Positions 29,379 through 41,900 of a DNA stretch of 64,000 nt are shown piece by piece. The position numbers and the translations under genes were made by a program. The notes below the pieces were generated by a model. That model worked only from the letters and a program-made list of their open reading frames with translations. It was not told where the DNA came from and did not search any database. The stretch lies in the IMG/VR virus record IMGVR_UViG_3300042305_001483. One strand, 5' to 3'. The DNA is from a virus. Each line of letters opens with the position of its first letter. The first letter of the stretch is position 1.

Positions 29379-31655
29379 ATGTTACAACCAAATAAAGATC
29401 TAGAGAAAATTTTTGAATTCGCTGTAGAAGTAGCCAGCGAAAAAAATCATGAATATGTGACTTTAGAACACTTTCTTTATGGAATGATTTCTAACGATGA
29501 GTTCGCTAAACTTCTAGAAAATTTTGGAGCCGATGTTAAAAGTTTGATTAAAAATTTAGAGCAATATATCAATGTAGAACTAAACGACATCGTTAACCCC
29601 AATGTTGATAAACCTAAAAAAACTACGTCAATTGATCGAGTTTTGAATAGAGCATTTACACATGTGTTGTTTGGCGGGCGAACTGTAATAGAGCCATTAG
29701 ATTGTTTCATCAGTATGTTTGCAGAAAAGAAAAGTCATGCAAATTATTTTATTAAAAAAGCAAACATTGATAAAGATCGATTTTTAAATTTCATTCAGAA
29801 AAAATATCAAGAAGAAAATGAAGAAGAATCAAGTTCTCAAAAAATTAATCCTCAAATTGAAAAAATGATCAATCAATTTTGCATTAATTTAACTGCAAAA
29901 GCCAAATCTAAAAAGATTGATCCAGTGATCGGAAGAGAAAAAGAAATTGAAGAAGTACAACTAGTTCTCGCAAGAAGAAATAAAAGCAATGTTATTTTGA
30001 TTGGAGATCCGGGTGTAGGTAAAACTGCAATTGCAGAAGGCATCGCTAAAAAAATTGTCGAAGGATCAGTTCCAAAATTTATCCAAGATCATATTGTGTA
30101 TAGTCTAGATATCAGTTCGTTATTAGCAGGAAGTAAATATCGAGGAGATTTCGAAGAACGCATTAAAATGATCATCAATGTTTTAGAAAGAAAAAAGAAT
30201 TGTATTCTTTTTATTGATGAGGCACACATGATGAACGGAGCCGGTGCTGCCAGCGGCAACAGCAATGATCTAGCAAATATGTTAAAACCAGCATTAACTA
30301 AGGGCACATTGAAAGTAATTGCCAGCACTACATGGGACGAGTTTAGAAAACATTTTGAAAAGGATCGTGCATTAATGCGTCGATTCCAACGTGTCACAGT
30401 TGATGAGCCAACCGAAGAAACATGTATTAAAATTCTAAAAGGTGTTAAAAAATATTACGAAAAACATCATAAAGTTAAAATTACCAATCAAGCATTAATT
30501 GATGCCGTAACATATTCTGTCAAATACATGACAGATAAAAAACTACCCGATAAAGCATTAGATTTAATCGATTGTGCTTGTGCTAGATTTAAGATTAAAG
30601 ATGAAGAAGGTGGAGTTGTCGACCACGATGAAATCGTTTACGAAGTTTCTAAACTTGCTAACCTTCCTGTTGAACAAGTAAGTTCCAAAGAAAGTGTAAA
30701 CCTTTCAAATCTAGAGAAAAATTTACGAAACAAAATTTTTGGTCAAGAGCAAGCAATTAGTTCTTTACTCGATAAAATTTTTATCAGTCAAGCAGGCCTC
30801 AAATCGTTTAATAAACCAATTGGTAGTTTTCTGTTTGTCGGACCAACAGGCGTTGGTAAAACTGAGGCTGCTAAACAACTAGCATCAGGATTAAATGTAA
30901 AACTTATACGTTTTGACATGAGTGAATTCCAAGAAAAGCATTCTGTAGCCAAATTTATCGGTGCTCCACCGGGATATATTGGGTTTGATGACAACGCAGG
31001 ACAATTAATTACTAATCTACAAGAAAATCCTAATTGTGTATTATTGCTTGATGAAGTTGAAAAGGCTCACCCAGATGTATTGACCATACTGTTACAATTA
31101 ATGGATAACGGATTTATCACTGGAAATAATGGAAAAAAAGCCGACGGAAGAAATGCTATTATTATTATGACTAGTAACCTCGGTGCTGTTGATGCTGAGA
31201 AAAATAGCGTAGGATTTGGTAATTTAGAAAGAGACGGTGATCCCAAAGACGCTGTTAATAGATTTTTTGCACCGGAATTTAGAAATAGACTTGACGGCAT
31301 TGTTAAATTTGGTAAACTTGATAAACCGACTATGTCTAAAATTGTCAAGAAGTTTATTGAAGAACTTAATGCACTTATTAAAGATAAAAGTATTCATGTT
31401 AAACCTACCAATGAAGCAGTAGAATTATTGATCGAAAAAGGATTTAATAGTAAAATGGGTGCAAGGCCCTTACAAAGAATTATCGATGAATTTATTAAGA
31501 AGCCAATGAGTAGAGAAATTTTGTTTGGAAAACTTGTTAATGGAGGTATTGTAGAAGTTAATGTCGTAGATAATAATCTCAATCTTAATATTATTGATCC
31601 AATGCCAATTTCAAAAGTGAAAGAAACAAATGAAAATTCAGAAACAAAAATCTAG
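29379..31655 (+). CDS. clpA: ATP-dependent Clp protease ATPase subunit, ClpA-type
   Basis: Clp N domain, two AAA+ modules (GDPGVGKT, GPTGVGKT), no middle domain, SVGF ClpP-docking loop. Confidence 0.92.
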   Translation: MLQPNKDLEKIFEFAVEVASEKNHEYVTLEHFLYGMISNDEFAKLLENFGADVKSLIKNLEQYINVELNDIVNPNVDKPKKTTSIDRVLNRAFTHVLFGGRTVIEPLDCFISMFAEKKSHANYFIKKANIDKDRFLNFIQKKYQEENEEESSSQKINPQIEKMINQFCINLTAKAKSKKIDPVIGREKEIEEVQLVLARRNKSNVILIGDPGVGKTAIAEGIAKKIVEGSVPKFIQDHIVYSLDISSLLAGSKYRGDFEERIKMIINVLERKKNCILFIDEAHMMNGAGAASGNSNDLANMLKPALTKGTLKVIASTTWDEFRKHFEKDRALMRRFQRVTVDEPTEETCIKILKGVKKYYEKHHKVKITNQALIDAVTYSVKYMTDKKLPDKALDLIDCACARFKIKDEEGGVVDHDEIVYEVSKLANLPVEQVSSKESVNLSNLEKNLRNKIFGQEQAISSLLDKIFISQAGLKSFNKPIGSFLFVGPTGVGKTEAAKQLASGLNVKLIRFDMSEFQEKHSVAKFIGAPPGYIGFDDNAGQLITNLQENPNCVLLLDEVEKAHPDVLTILLQLMDNGFITGNNGKKADGRNAIIIMTSNLGAVDAEKNSVGFGNLERDGDPKDAVNRFFAPEFRNRLDGIVKFGKLDKPTMSKIVKKFIEELNALIKDKSIHVKPTNEAVELLIEKGFNSKMGARPLQRIIDEFIKKPMSREILFGKLVNGGIVEVNVVDNNLNLNIIDPMPISKVKETNENSETKI

Positions 31656-32289
31656 TAAATTATTTTATAAAAAGTACCCTTTTAAAATAGAATGTTTGTG
31701 TGCCGGAGCACATAAATTGTCATCGTATTACTATAAAAATAGTGGAGATTTATTATTCAATAAAACGGATAAACCAGAAGATAGAAAAAAAATAAAAGAA
31801 TTTAGCGAAAAAACTAAGTTTTTAAGTTCTATGAGTGATCTAAGAATCAGAACTGAAGGAGTTCATTTTAATATTTTTTGTATGAATTTTGAACAGGTAG
31901 AACACATTGAAAAAGAATTAAGTCCATGGATTTCTGCAATTAGAGGTCCAACATCTAAAGAAGAACTTGAATTTTTATTAGAAAATGGGCCTAAAAAAAT
32001 CCTTTGTGATCGACTTCCTAGAAAAATTTTTAAATATAGGATATATTTTAAAAATAAATTTCCGCTAGATAAAAGACAGCAATTTCTTCAATGGGCTGAA
32101 AAAAATTACGATAAAATTTCGCTCAGTTATACCAGCAAAAGATGGATGCGTGGTGAAAGATCGTGGGCACAAGATCCATTTGGATATGTAAAAGATGACA
32201 AAAGTCTTAGCATGATCGGTCTTCAACTAAGCGGATTTGTTAAAAGTATTGATGAATTTGTCGAAAGGAATCAAGCATTGGTAACATAA
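31630..32289 (+). CDS. hypothetical protein
   Basis: ORF overlapping the end of clpA. Confidence 0.75.
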   Translation: MKIQKQKSSKLFYKKYPFKIECLCAGAHKLSSYYYKNSGDLLFNKTDKPEDRKKIKEFSEKTKFLSSMSDLRIRTEGVHFNIFCMNFEQVEHIEKELSPWISAIRGPTSKEELEFLLENGPKKILCDRLPRKIFKYRIYFKNKFPLDKRQQFLQWAEKNYDKISLSYTSKRWMRGERSWAQDPFGYVKDDKSLSMIGLQLSGFVKSIDEFVERNQALVT

Positions 32290-32301
32290 ATATATGTTAC
32301 T

Positions 32302-32739
32302 ATGCCAGCACTAAGTCAAAGTTTAACATTTACACAAAATTCAACCAGTACTGTTCTACTCAGTTACCCCAATACAGGAACAACCGCCCTTACCTATATT
32401 AGCGACCGCATAAAAGGCGACGGCTATTATAACGGAAGTGGCGGTTTTCATACTGTTCAGTTACAAATTAGTGATTTTGTAGGAAAATTTTCAATTGAAG
32501 GTTCTCTTGCATCAAATCCAACTTCAACTGACTGGTTTACAGTAGAGTTAGGATTGCCTAATAATCAAAGCATCGATACTTCAGGGTTGATCAGTGACGC
32601 TAATATTACTTCTATTCAATATTCCACAGCAACAACTTTAGTTAAAACCTACAATTTTATAGGAAATTTAGTCTGGGTTAGAGCAAAAATTAGTGAATTT
32701 ACAGAAGGTACTGTAAACAGCATCAAATATAATCACTAG
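32302..32739 (+). CDS. virion structural protein
   Basis: KGDGYY…HTVQ…F.GN.VWVRA; TAAATA 9 nt upstream. Confidence 0.7.
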   Translation: MPALSQSLTFTQNSTSTVLLSYPNTGTTALTYISDRIKGDGYYNGSGGFHTVQLQISDFVGKFSIEGSLASNPTSTDWFTVELGLPNNQSIDTSGLISDANITSIQYSTATTLVKTYNFIGNLVWVRAKISEFTEGTVNSIKYNH

Positions 32740-32749
32740 GAATATACAA

Positions 32750-35700
32750 ATGGCCAAGCAAACAATTAACATAGGTACTGGTGAAACTTCAGGTGATGGC
32801 GAAAGTTTAAGATCTGCTTTTCAAAAAGTAAATTCCAACTTTGACGAATTATATATTACACCCGGTATTTCCGGACCAAGTGGACCGACTGGTGCAGCAG
32901 GAAGTAGTGGACCAACTGGTGCAGCAGGAAGTAGTGGACCAACTGGTGCAGCAGGAAGTAGTGGACCAAGTGGACCAACTGGTGCAGCAGGAAGTAGTGG
33001 ACCAAGTGGACCAACTGGTGCAGCAGGAAGTAGTGGACCAACCGGACCTCAAGATTTTTCAGCAATATCGGAGCACGTTTTACCGGCAGCAGATTTAACC
33101 TACGATCTTGGATCTACCTCTAGTCAATGGCGTAGTTTGTATGTTGGCACAGGAACAATTTATATCGGTGGAATTCCTTTAAGTGTAACAACCAGTGGTT
33201 CTTTAACGATTAGTGGATCTCCTGTAGTTACATACAGCACTAGTGGTAATTTTGTTGTTAATGGTAACACAGTATTAGGCGGCGGTCTACATACTATCAC
33301 TGTTCCAGCTGAAGTAGGTTCTACTTACAAAGGCCTACACGTAGCCTATGGTAGAGTGCATTCTAACGGTAATTCCAGCGAACTTAATGTTAGTAAAATT
33401 GTCATACACAAACCAGCAGCATCTACAGTAACCATAGACCCTGTAGGCAATCGAGATGATTTTCGAGTCAGCGAAATCAGCAGCAGTGATGTCCTTGCTA
33501 TGTTTGTCTTATACGGCAATGTCAACGGTGCTAAACCTTTAACCGATTTACAGGCATTCGCTGAAGCAGCTATTGACACAGTTATTCTAGATGAGGGACA
33601 GGAAGGTGTGTATAACAGTGTAGAACAAATGAAAACATTGTTCTACGAAAATCATGAAACTCTAGCAGCAGCAGCAAATGGTCTAGACACTGACTTTGTA
33701 TTTTATAGGACCAGCTTATCTACACTTAATGGCGGCCCAACTGTAACACGTCAAGGTTCGGGAGCAGTATTTGATGTAAGTAATAACGGCGACGGAACTT
33801 ATTCTATTGCGTCAATTGTTAACAGCGGAACTAACTATCTACCAGGACATAGAATCAGCATATCAGGAGAAATATTTGGCGCTACTGTTGGTGCGGCATC
33901 TGCTATGATAGTAACCAACGGACCTAATCTTAACTGGTCTAATACCGACGTATCTGGAGCCGACGGAATGGATTTCTCATTCACGGTAGACGAAAATGGT
34001 AATGCCACAGTTACTAATATTACTAATGGCGGCACTGATAAGACTGTTGGATACACATTTACCTTACTAGGAACTGCATTAGGTCTAGCAACTCCGGCAG
34101 ATGATATTAATTTTGAAGTAACCGCAATTACTTTTGCTCCCTACGATGCCATAATCACAGTTACATCAGTGACTGATACTACTATTGTTGCTGTCGAAGT
34201 CACTGGCACTGCGCCAGACTCTAGTTCAACAGTTTATACAAATGTCACTGGCACAAACTATAATGTAGGTTCAGGATTTACTGTAGCCAGTGTATCCAGT
34301 AGTAGTATTAGTTCAAACAGTATAGGAACTAACTATGTTGTAGGTGATGTCTTAACTCTATTAGGAGAAAACATCACCAACGGCACAACTCCAACAAACA
34401 ACATTACTATAACAATCGACGCCGTTGACGGCCTTGGCCAAGCATATAATTATACTAGTTCAGGAACAATACCACAAGTTTGGCCAACTAATAATATCAA
34501 CGACGGTGGTAACGATCAATACGATACAGCCAACTATATTAGAACCAATCTTGCCGATCGAATATCCTATAACAATGGCGCGACTGTAGTAGACGGAACA
34601 GCAGCATTTGGCACAGGAAGTTCTTACAGTTTTGTTTACAACACCGGAACATTTGGTCTGTTTGCCACAGGAACTAGTGTTACCTTTGTCGAAACCAATG
34701 GTAACAGCGGTGCTGACAGCAACAGCATTACTGATTCAGGACATATTTACGGTCCAAGCACAACAACATCAACCTATGACAATGCTGTTACACACCTTAA
34801 TCTTGTAGGTGATGTTTATGCTGGTCCGCTGGTAACTTTTGTAAAAGCTGACAATACCAATACTGTTGACATTATAATCGCAGACGATGGTGATGGAGCA
34901 GGTGTTGGCATTACTAGAGGCGAAGAAAACGGTATATACAATCCGTATAGAGAAGACGGTTGGGACAGTGATGTTAGCCCTAGCGGCACACTATGGAACA
35001 TAGATGGATGGAATGATTTAAGCAATGTAGAGTCAAGAACCTACAGAAACTTGTATGCAGCATTCGGCAATGGCGGATTAGGTAATAAGATTGTAGGCGC
35101 AGAGTGCGTGATGTATCTGCCAGACAACGGCAAATACTATGCCGTTAAATTTACTCAATGGACACAAGGTGGCGGCGGTGGATTTGCTTACACTCGCAGA
35201 GAACTAGATCTCGAAAGTCTACAAGAAGGCATACGTTTCAACGACGGTTCTGTATTGAAATCCGCAGAAGGCATCGGTCGTGTTAAGTTAGAATCACCGG
35301 GCAATCGTAGAATTGAAGAAGTCTATGGATTTAAGCAAGTCGTAGTCACTGAAATAATTACTACTAATCTAACTGCTACAGCATCAAGAAGTGCGGTAAG
35401 CGAGAATAGAATCTGGGTCGACACTACTACAACTACAATAGATAATGTACTAAACAATTATACTCTTGCTGGAATTTGGGATAGTAATACTATAGAATTT
35501 AGTTTAGATAATGCCACTTGGTACAAGTATAACGGTGGAATCAGCGCTGACGGGAACGAAAGAGCATATGGATTAAATCTTCCTGGTGGTATTTTAAACT
35601 ACAACGCGGGTGATACGGTTTGGTTTAGATACAGCACAGGGGGAGAACCTGTGATATGGTGGGATAAGAATGAACTACCCGGAGGGGGAGGCTACTTCCG

Positions 35701-35959
35701 TGGTGCTGTTATAGACTATCATGCCTACGATCGTAATGCAGGAACATTAGTTGGCACCATACACATTGTCGATGATAATGGTAACGAACATGTAGCCCAC
35801 ACCGAAGTTACTAGTGGTGGCACTGAAAGTGAAAATGTAATACTGTGGCTGCAGGACAACGAAGGCCAACTCAAGTTTAGGCGTATAGACGGTGTCGGAA
35901 CTACTATAAAAATACAGTGGACTGCTAAAGTATTCTACGGTTCAGAAACTTGGGATTAA
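32750..35959 (+). CDS. tail fibre/baseplate protein with T4 gp9/gp10-like N-terminus and short collagen segment
   Basis: KQTINIG…[21 protein letters not shown]; GPTGAAGSS repeats; YDLGS…WRSLY. Confidence 0.85.
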   Translation: MAKQTINIGTGETSGDGESLRSAFQKVNSNFDELYITPGISGPSGPTGAAGSSGPTGAAGSSGPTGAAGSSGPSGPTGAAGSSGPSGPTGAAGSSGPTGPQDFSAISEHVLPAADLTYDLGSTSSQWRSLYVGTGTIYIGGIPLSVTTSGSLTISGSPVVTYSTSGNFVVNGNTVLGGGLHTITVPAEVGSTYKGLHVAYGRVHSNGNSSELNVSKIVIHKPAASTVTIDPVGNRDDFRVSEISSSDVLAMFVLYGNVNGAKPLTDLQAFAEAAIDTVILDEGQEGVYNSVEQMKTLFYENHETLAAAANGLDTDFVFYRTSLSTLNGGPTVTRQGSGAVFDVSNNGDGTYSIASIVNSGTNYLPGHRISISGEIFGATVGAASAMIVTNGPNLNWSNTDVSGADGMDFSFTVDENGNATVTNITNGGTDKTVGYTFTLLGTALGLATPADDINFEVTAITFAPYDAIITVTSVTDTTIVAVEVTGTAPDSSSTVYTNVTGTNYNVGSGFTVASVSSSSISSNSIGTNYVVGDVLTLLGENITNGTTPTNNITITIDAVDGLGQAYNYTSSGTIPQVWPTNNINDGGNDQYDTANYIRTNLADRISYNNGATVVDGTAAFGTGSSYSFVYNTGTFGLFATGTSVTFVETNGNSGADSNSITDSGHIYGPSTTTSTYDNAVTHLNLVGDVYAGPLVTFVKADNTNTVDIIIADDGDGAGVGITRGEENGIYNPYREDGWDSDVSPSGTLWNIDGWNDLSNVESRTYRNLYAAFGNGGLGNKIVGAECVMYLPDNGKYYAVKFTQWTQGGGGGFAYTRRELDLESLQEGIRFNDGSVLKSAEGIGRVKLESPGNRRIEEVYGFKQVVVTEIITTNLTATASRSAVSENRIWVDTTTTTIDNVLNNYTLAGIWDSNTIEFSLDNATWYKYNGGISADGNERAYGLNLPGGILNYNAGDTVWFRYSTGGEPVIWWDKNELPGGGGYFRGAVIDYHAYDRNAGTLVGTIHIVDDNGNEHVAHTEVTSGGTESENVILWLQDNEGQLKFRRIDGVGTTIKIQWTAKVFYGSETWD
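32864..33052 (+). repeat. collagen-coding 27/36-bp tandem repeat (GPTGAAGSS[GPS])
   Basis: ggaccaactggtgcagcaggaagtagt units. Confidence 0.95.
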
Positions 35960-35974
35960 TTAGGGGCAAAATAA

Positions 35975-38044
35975 ATGACACGAGTAAGAAGACTAAACGT
36001 AAGTCAAGTTGAAGGTGGAGGATCAAACGATAACAATACCAACAAAATTCGCCCCTACGGTGAACTTGCTCTTTATGTTGGTGATAACAATAAATTAGAA
36101 CTGTTAATGTTTGACGGTGTTCGCACACATGTAAACAGCAAAGTTTTAAGCAAAGGCACATTCTACGGTGGAGATGCCGACAGCAGTGACGGATTAAATT
36201 ATGATTCTATTAAATTAGTTCCTGATGAGTTCTTAAGACGAGACGGTAGTGACCAATATGTTATCATTGAACCTACAGGCGGCGAACCAGGACATGTTCA
36301 CATTAGAGCAGGTGGCTCTATAGATTCTAGCACTGCCGACTTATTTTTAGGCGGTGAAAAAAATAATGTGCGTGTCAGTGACACTAATGATCGTGTGACT
36401 ATTACCACAGATGCTGGTTTTGACGATATTACACGCACTTGGACTTTTGACGCCAACGGTGATTTAGTGTTTCCCGGAGCAACTAGTAAAATAGGTGAAA
36501 GCGAACCTGGACTGGTAGTATTCAGCGATAACAGATTTGCCATATTAACCAACGCAGCTACTACATCAAGCCAATCTTGGATATTTGATACAGATGGCGA
36601 TTTAACATTTCCTAGTAATCTGGTTATAACTCCTATAGGCGATTTTGCTCCAGTAACTGGAACATTCATTACTCAAGCTCCTGGTGAATTTTTAGGTATA
36701 GTTTCAACAGGAGACGGGGGTGGCAGTCAAATAGGTTGGGCAGAAAATGCCTTTGTTCCAGGTAGGACGGCCGCATTAGCATTTAATGCCGGTAATGCTG
36801 GAGATGTGGATATCATAACCGGTGACTACACAGGGACTGTTTATACTTGGATTTTTAGAGCAAATGGTATTCTAGAATTACCTGGCGGTGGGGAAATTAC
36901 ATCCAATGAAATCACCAATGAAGTATTTGGAACTACAACAACTTCTTTAACATTAGTTCCGGCTGGTGCAACTGACGCAGGTCAGCGTTTAGAAATATAC
37001 TCAACTATCGGAGATGAAGGTAATCATTTACATCTAACTTCTGGTAGCACATCTACTGAACTATATTTAGGTAATGATTCTCAATATGTTAAATTAGGCT
37101 CATCGGGTGAAATAGAAGTCAGTGCCCAAAGTGGATTGACGTTGCGTGGCGAAGGAGCAGGGTCTTATGCCTACCTAACATTACCAAACAATGTTGATTC
37201 GTCATCGACTATGGTAACATTGAACAATTCCAATGGTGATGTTTTAATACGAGCAGCAGAACCCAGTGACCCAGCTCCTCAACAATGGGCTTTTGGTAAA
37301 GATGGTAGTTTAAAATTTACAGATGGCACATCAACTATTAGAGCTCTTAATACAACCACCGACGGCCTACCAGGATTGAGTTTATTTGCTCCAGAGAGAA
37401 TATTCCTTGGCATTAGTGGCACAAGCACAAATTGGAGTTGGGACTTTAGAAACTACGGTCAAAGTGACTACTCTACAGATAAAAAACCTGCGGTAATGTT
37501 GCCGGGCGGTAGCGTAATTGAGGAAGATCTAACAAATCCTCTATTGAATAATGGAATGGCGGGTCCATTGACCGTAAGCAGCCAAGATAACTTAACTTTA
37601 AGAACTAATACTTTAGACGAAGCGCAATCTCCGACAGCAACTTACGATTGGGTGTTCGGTAAAGATGGCGTCTTAACATTCCCTAACGATGATTTAACGG
37701 TTAGCAGTATTGAAAACGAGTCAAGAATATGGACAACGGCCACAGACATCACCGTATACCGCAACGGTCAAGATGGTTATGGCATAAAAGAAAATGAAGT
37801 AAGTGTCTATGTTAGTAACAGTAAAATCACTCAAGTTGTTCCAACAGGTTTAGAGATAGTCAACGGTTCATTAAAATTCCCAGACTCTACCATACAGACT
37901 ACTGCTTTTATAATTGGAACTGCTCCACTAAGTTCCACATCTACAGGCACAGCAGGAACAATTGCATACGATGCAAGTTATTTTTATGTTTGCACCGCAA
38001 CCAATAGCTGGCAAAGAATTGGTTGGGATCCAACACCTTGGTAA
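35975..38044 (+). CDS. tail fibre protein
   Basis: Repeated W.F..DG.L.FP motifs; C-terminal GT.GTIAYD..YFYVC. Confidence 0.8.
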   Translation: MTRVRRLNVSQVEGGGSNDNNTNKIRPYGELALYVGDNNKLELLMFDGVRTHVNSKVLSKGTFYGGDADSSDGLNYDSIKLVPDEFLRRDGSDQYVIIEPTGGEPGHVHIRAGGSIDSSTADLFLGGEKNNVRVSDTNDRVTITTDAGFDDITRTWTFDANGDLVFPGATSKIGESEPGLVVFSDNRFAILTNAATTSSQSWIFDTDGDLTFPSNLVITPIGDFAPVTGTFITQAPGEFLGIVSTGDGGGSQIGWAENAFVPGRTAALAFNAGNAGDVDIITGDYTGTVYTWIFRANGILELPGGGEITSNEITNEVFGTTTTSLTLVPAGATDAGQRLEIYSTIGDEGNHLHLTSGSTSTELYLGNDSQYVKLGSSGEIEVSAQSGLTLRGEGAGSYAYLTLPNNVDSSSTMVTLNNSNGDVLIRAAEPSDPAPQQWAFGKDGSLKFTDGTSTIRALNTTTDGLPGLSLFAPERIFLGISGTSTNWSWDFRNYGQSDYSTDKKPAVMLPGGSVIEEDLTNPLLNNGMAGPLTVSSQDNLTLRTNTLDEAQSPTATYDWVFGKDGVLTFPNDDLTVSSIENESRIWTTATDITVYRNGQDGYGIKENEVSVYVSNSKITQVVPTGLEIVNGSLKFPDSTIQTTAFIIGTAPLSSTSTGTAGTIAYDASYFYVCTATNSWQRIGWDPTPW

Positions 38045-38054
38045 ATATTAAATT

Positions 38055-38537
38055 ATGCGTATACTAGACTTAATCGAATCAGATAATACTATTAGAACTG
38101 GAGATGTATTTGCTCTAGAGCTTGATAACGGACTTCTTATAGAATCTGTTATCGTTGGATTTATGAATGACGGAGTTGTTATTCAAGGTGATGACACGGT
38201 GTTATCATATCTATCACATACCCCTGTCCAAGAATCTATCACTAAATTTACAGAAATGCAACTGGCAATCATGGAGGGCGGTGGCAGTCTTGATGAAGCC
38301 GAATATCAAGGACGCAATGTTCAGTTAGGTAAACCCATGTCTGGTGATGTTAAAAAATCTAAAGTTTATGTAAAAGGTCCAAAAGGAAATGTTGTCAAAG
38401 TCAATTTTGGCGATAAAAAGATGAAGATTAAAAAGTCTAATCCTAAACGTCGCAAAAGTTTTAGGGCTAGACATAATTGTGCTAATCCCGGGCCGCGGTG
38501 GAAAGCAAGATATTGGTCTTGCAGAGCATGGGAGTAA
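38055..38537 (+). CDS. putative internal head protein with basic C-terminal domain
   Basis: MRILDLIES; LDE|AEYQGR…RKSFRARHNC…YWSC. Confidence 0.7.
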   Translation: MRILDLIESDNTIRTGDVFALELDNGLLIESVIVGFMNDGVVIQGDDTVLSYLSHTPVQESITKFTEMQLAIMEGGGSLDEAEYQGRNVQLGKPMSGDVKKSKVYVKGPKGNVVKVNFGDKKMKIKKSNPKRRKSFRARHNCANPGPRWKARYWSCRAWE

Positions 38538-38541
38538 TCTA

Positions 38542-38907
38542 ATGTTCTTAAAAGAATTTTTCAGCAAACCTATTGACATTGATCATAATCAAAAAAATAA
38601 AAATCAAATGCAAAATTTTGACGATGACTTATTTTGGTTTATTTTAGATAATGATCGGTTGCATAAAGAACATTTTTTTCCAATTTCTAAAAAAATAAAA
38701 TCATTAGACGAATGTGGCGATCGACAAATATACGAATTGTTTATGCCAATGGTCGTAGACGGTTGTAAAAACTTTTATGAAGACAAAAAAATGTCCGGTA
38801 GGATGAATAAAAAATTTCCTCAAGAAATGAGAGAAGGCATTTGTAAAAGGTTGTATGACCACTATTGTGAAAATTATGGTTTGAGAAATAAAAATGAAAA
38901 TCTTTGA
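38542..38907 (+). CDS. hypothetical late protein
   Basis: Start re-called to ATG 38542 (GGAG SD); MFLKEFF. Confidence 0.75.
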   Translation: MFLKEFFSKPIDIDHNQKNKNQMQNFDDDLFWFILDNDRLHKEHFFPISKKIKSLDECGDRQIYELFMPMVVDGCKNFYEDKKMSGRMNKKFPQEMREGICKRLYDHYCENYGLRNKNENL

Positions 38908-41900
38908 AATTATAAATATCTTTCAAAATAAAAAATTAACTGAAGGCGGTAATGCTCAAGTCGCCGATAGAGATAATCCAGAGATTGTATATTCTGCTGA
39001 AAAAATTGATCTTGAAAAAACTAACAGAACTCAGGCTGCTAATTTAGTAAAACAAACAATTAATGCGTTGAATCAAAGTTTTCAATCCATTTATAAAGAA
39101 CCAATTTTTGGAGAAGAATTATTTAAATCAAACGAATATTTAAGCGGAAGTTCTAAACACTTTTTTAATACTGCTGGAATTTCAGATCAAGAATTTACAA
39201 AATATAAACAAAAAGTCGGCGATATCGATGTACAATGCGATGTAGATCAAAAACCACAGATACAAAAATTTTTAGATGATCATTATAAACAACAGTTTGG
39301 TCCAGGAAGATTATTGGGATATTCTTCTTCTGCGGAACAATTCAATTCAATTTTTCGTATCGACGAAATTGGACTAAATGTTCAAATTGATTTTGAATTT
39401 GGGCAATATGATAAAGAATTAGGTCACCCCACCGAATGGTATAAATTTAGTCATAGTTCAGAGTGGGACGATATTACCGCAGGCATTAAGGGTGTATTTC
39501 ATAAATGGATTTACAGAGCATTACCTGCTGCTAAAGTAACTCCAAAGCACATAGCAGCATATAAAGGCTCGGGAAAAAATCGTGCTATTAATATAGAACC
39601 AGAACCTACTCAATCAAAAGATATAAGTTTTGCAGTAGGAAGCAGTCAGGGAGGTGGAGCAAGTTATAAATTCTCTCCTTACTTAGATCCGCAAACTGGA
39701 AAACCTATGGATATAAAAGGTGTTCCTGTACAACAAGAATTGCCCAGCGCTCAAAGAACTTATATACAAAATTTAGATCAACAGTTCGAAATGTTTTTTG
39801 GAGTGCAGCCCAGCGGAAACGATAAAACTTTACAAAAAAGTTATGTAGGGACTTTAGAACTAATGAACAAATATTTAGATCAAAGTCAAATAACTGCTGC
39901 ATTTGAAGAATTTATAAAAATTTGTTTTGACGAAGCAGCACAGATGATCGATCGAGATAATCCAGAATCCGATGCTGAGGCAAAATTTGCCGCAATTGAT
40001 AAAGGACTAGAAATTTTAAAAATTTCAAACAAAAAACAATTACGAGATCAAGCAGTAGCAATGGCAAAAATATATTCAGATGAATATTTTGATTTACAAC
40101 AATTTAAGAAATGGTTTGATAGTTTACCTAAAGAAAAACAAGATGCTATCAATGTAACCAGCAAAGGTGCTGCTAGAAAAGATATTCAGTATAATTCTCT
40201 TAGAAAAAAATTAAAAGCAGCCGGACAATGGCCTATTAATGTATTAACAGAAGAAGATGCCAAGCCAAATTATGGTAGGCAAGGTATTGAACACATTTAT
40301 AGTCGTAGACCCGACGGTACTCCAAGTAGTACAGAAATGAAGCCTGCTGCATTCGTAGAATTATGCGACGAAATAGCACAACTAGGCGGAAATTTAGATA
40401 ATATACAGATAAATTTAAAAGTCGACGGAATGGGTATGAGATTCGGTAAAGACGAATCTGGAGAGCCATTTTTTATTACTAGCAGTAGATCAGATCCAGT
40501 TAGATTAAAAGATGTAGGATCATTCTTGGCTTATAATCAAGAATTAGTAAAAAAAGGTGAATTAGATCCGAACAGCGAATTAGGTAAAGCCGCAATTGCA
40601 AGAGCAATTAATTATGACAAGGCTGCTGAAACAATTTTAAAAAGTAAATTTATTCAAACTTTACCCCCCGACACAATTGTACAAGCAGAAATGATGTACG
40701 ATTCGAATATGACTCCAGACAGTCAAGGATTTAAAACATTTGTTAATATTCCTTACGATGTAAAAAAATTAGGGAAAGTAATGACGTTGGCCCCGTTCAT
40801 GGTTAAAAAGTATTCAACTAAAGAACGAATACCCGATGAACAAAATATAATTAAAAAATTACTATCAACAAGTGATTCTAACATTAAAATTATTTCAAAC
40901 GAATTAGATCAATCAGGAATAAATGTTGGTAAAATAATTGCTCCTGTTGTCAATTTGCCTGCAGATTTGCGGGCAACACTGACTAGCAGAAAACCAGCAG
41001 ACAGAGCCATTAGAGATGCTCAAGTAATTCCTGTATTAGATAAAGCAAGGGCAGAATTAAGTAAGGCAATTATTGATAGTCCAAAATTAAAAGGTATGGA
41101 TATGCTAGGCCCATACAACGAAGGTATTGTTGGAAACATGCCTAGTGGAAGACTATTTAAAGTTACAAGTCCCTTGATGAAAGAAAAAATATTACAAAAG
41201 CAATCATTTGGATCTGTTGAAAAAAGATCTGCGGTTGTTGCCATGGGTAGTTTTGCTGGACATAGAGGTCATGAACAGTTAATAAGTATTGCCATAGATA
41301 GAGCAAATAAAGAAGGAGCGACTCCATTTGTATATGTAGGTGGTAAAGTAGGACCAGATGATCCATTTCCTGTAGAAACAAAATTAGAAACTCTTAGAAA
41401 ACTATTTCCAGGAGTAGGCATATTAAGTGTAGACGCACAATTTGATTTACAAACAGATAAAGCAACAATTGGTCAATTTGGTAAGAAAGTCGAATATGAA
41501 CTAATGAAAAAACCGCCGTATTTTAATCATATTATTATAGCAGTAGGCGAAGACAGAAAAGCATTTGCAGATGGGTTAGTTGCATGGGCAACCAATAGAT
41601 TTGGAAACCATCCAAATCTAAAGCATGTTAAATGGGAAGAAGATATAAGTTCTCGAAATGAAGAAGCAGGCGGAACTGGTGTAAGCACTACTCAAATGAG
41701 AAATGCATTAAAAACTATGCCTGAAAATCAAGCCCTTCAAATATGGAGCAAAGGTTTTAATGTAGAAAAATTAGGTGTTGAATATATCAAACACCTAATG
41801 GATGTTGCAAGAAAAAATATGAATATCCAACCTCCCGCTGCTGCTCCCGTAGTAGAATCATCTATATTTGATCCTGTACCTGGAAAAATAAATGTAGGTG

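Noticed and set aside
5412-31655. Bacterial chromosome origin suggested by clpP, clpA, dnaJ, groES and phoH
   Set aside because: These genes are interspersed with tail fibres, a lysis cassette, T4-like replication genes and late promoters, which fits phage-carried host-like genes.
32841-33098. Repetitive overlapping ORFs (LVQQEVVDQ etc.)
   Set aside because: Shadows of the GPTGAAGSS collagen repeat.
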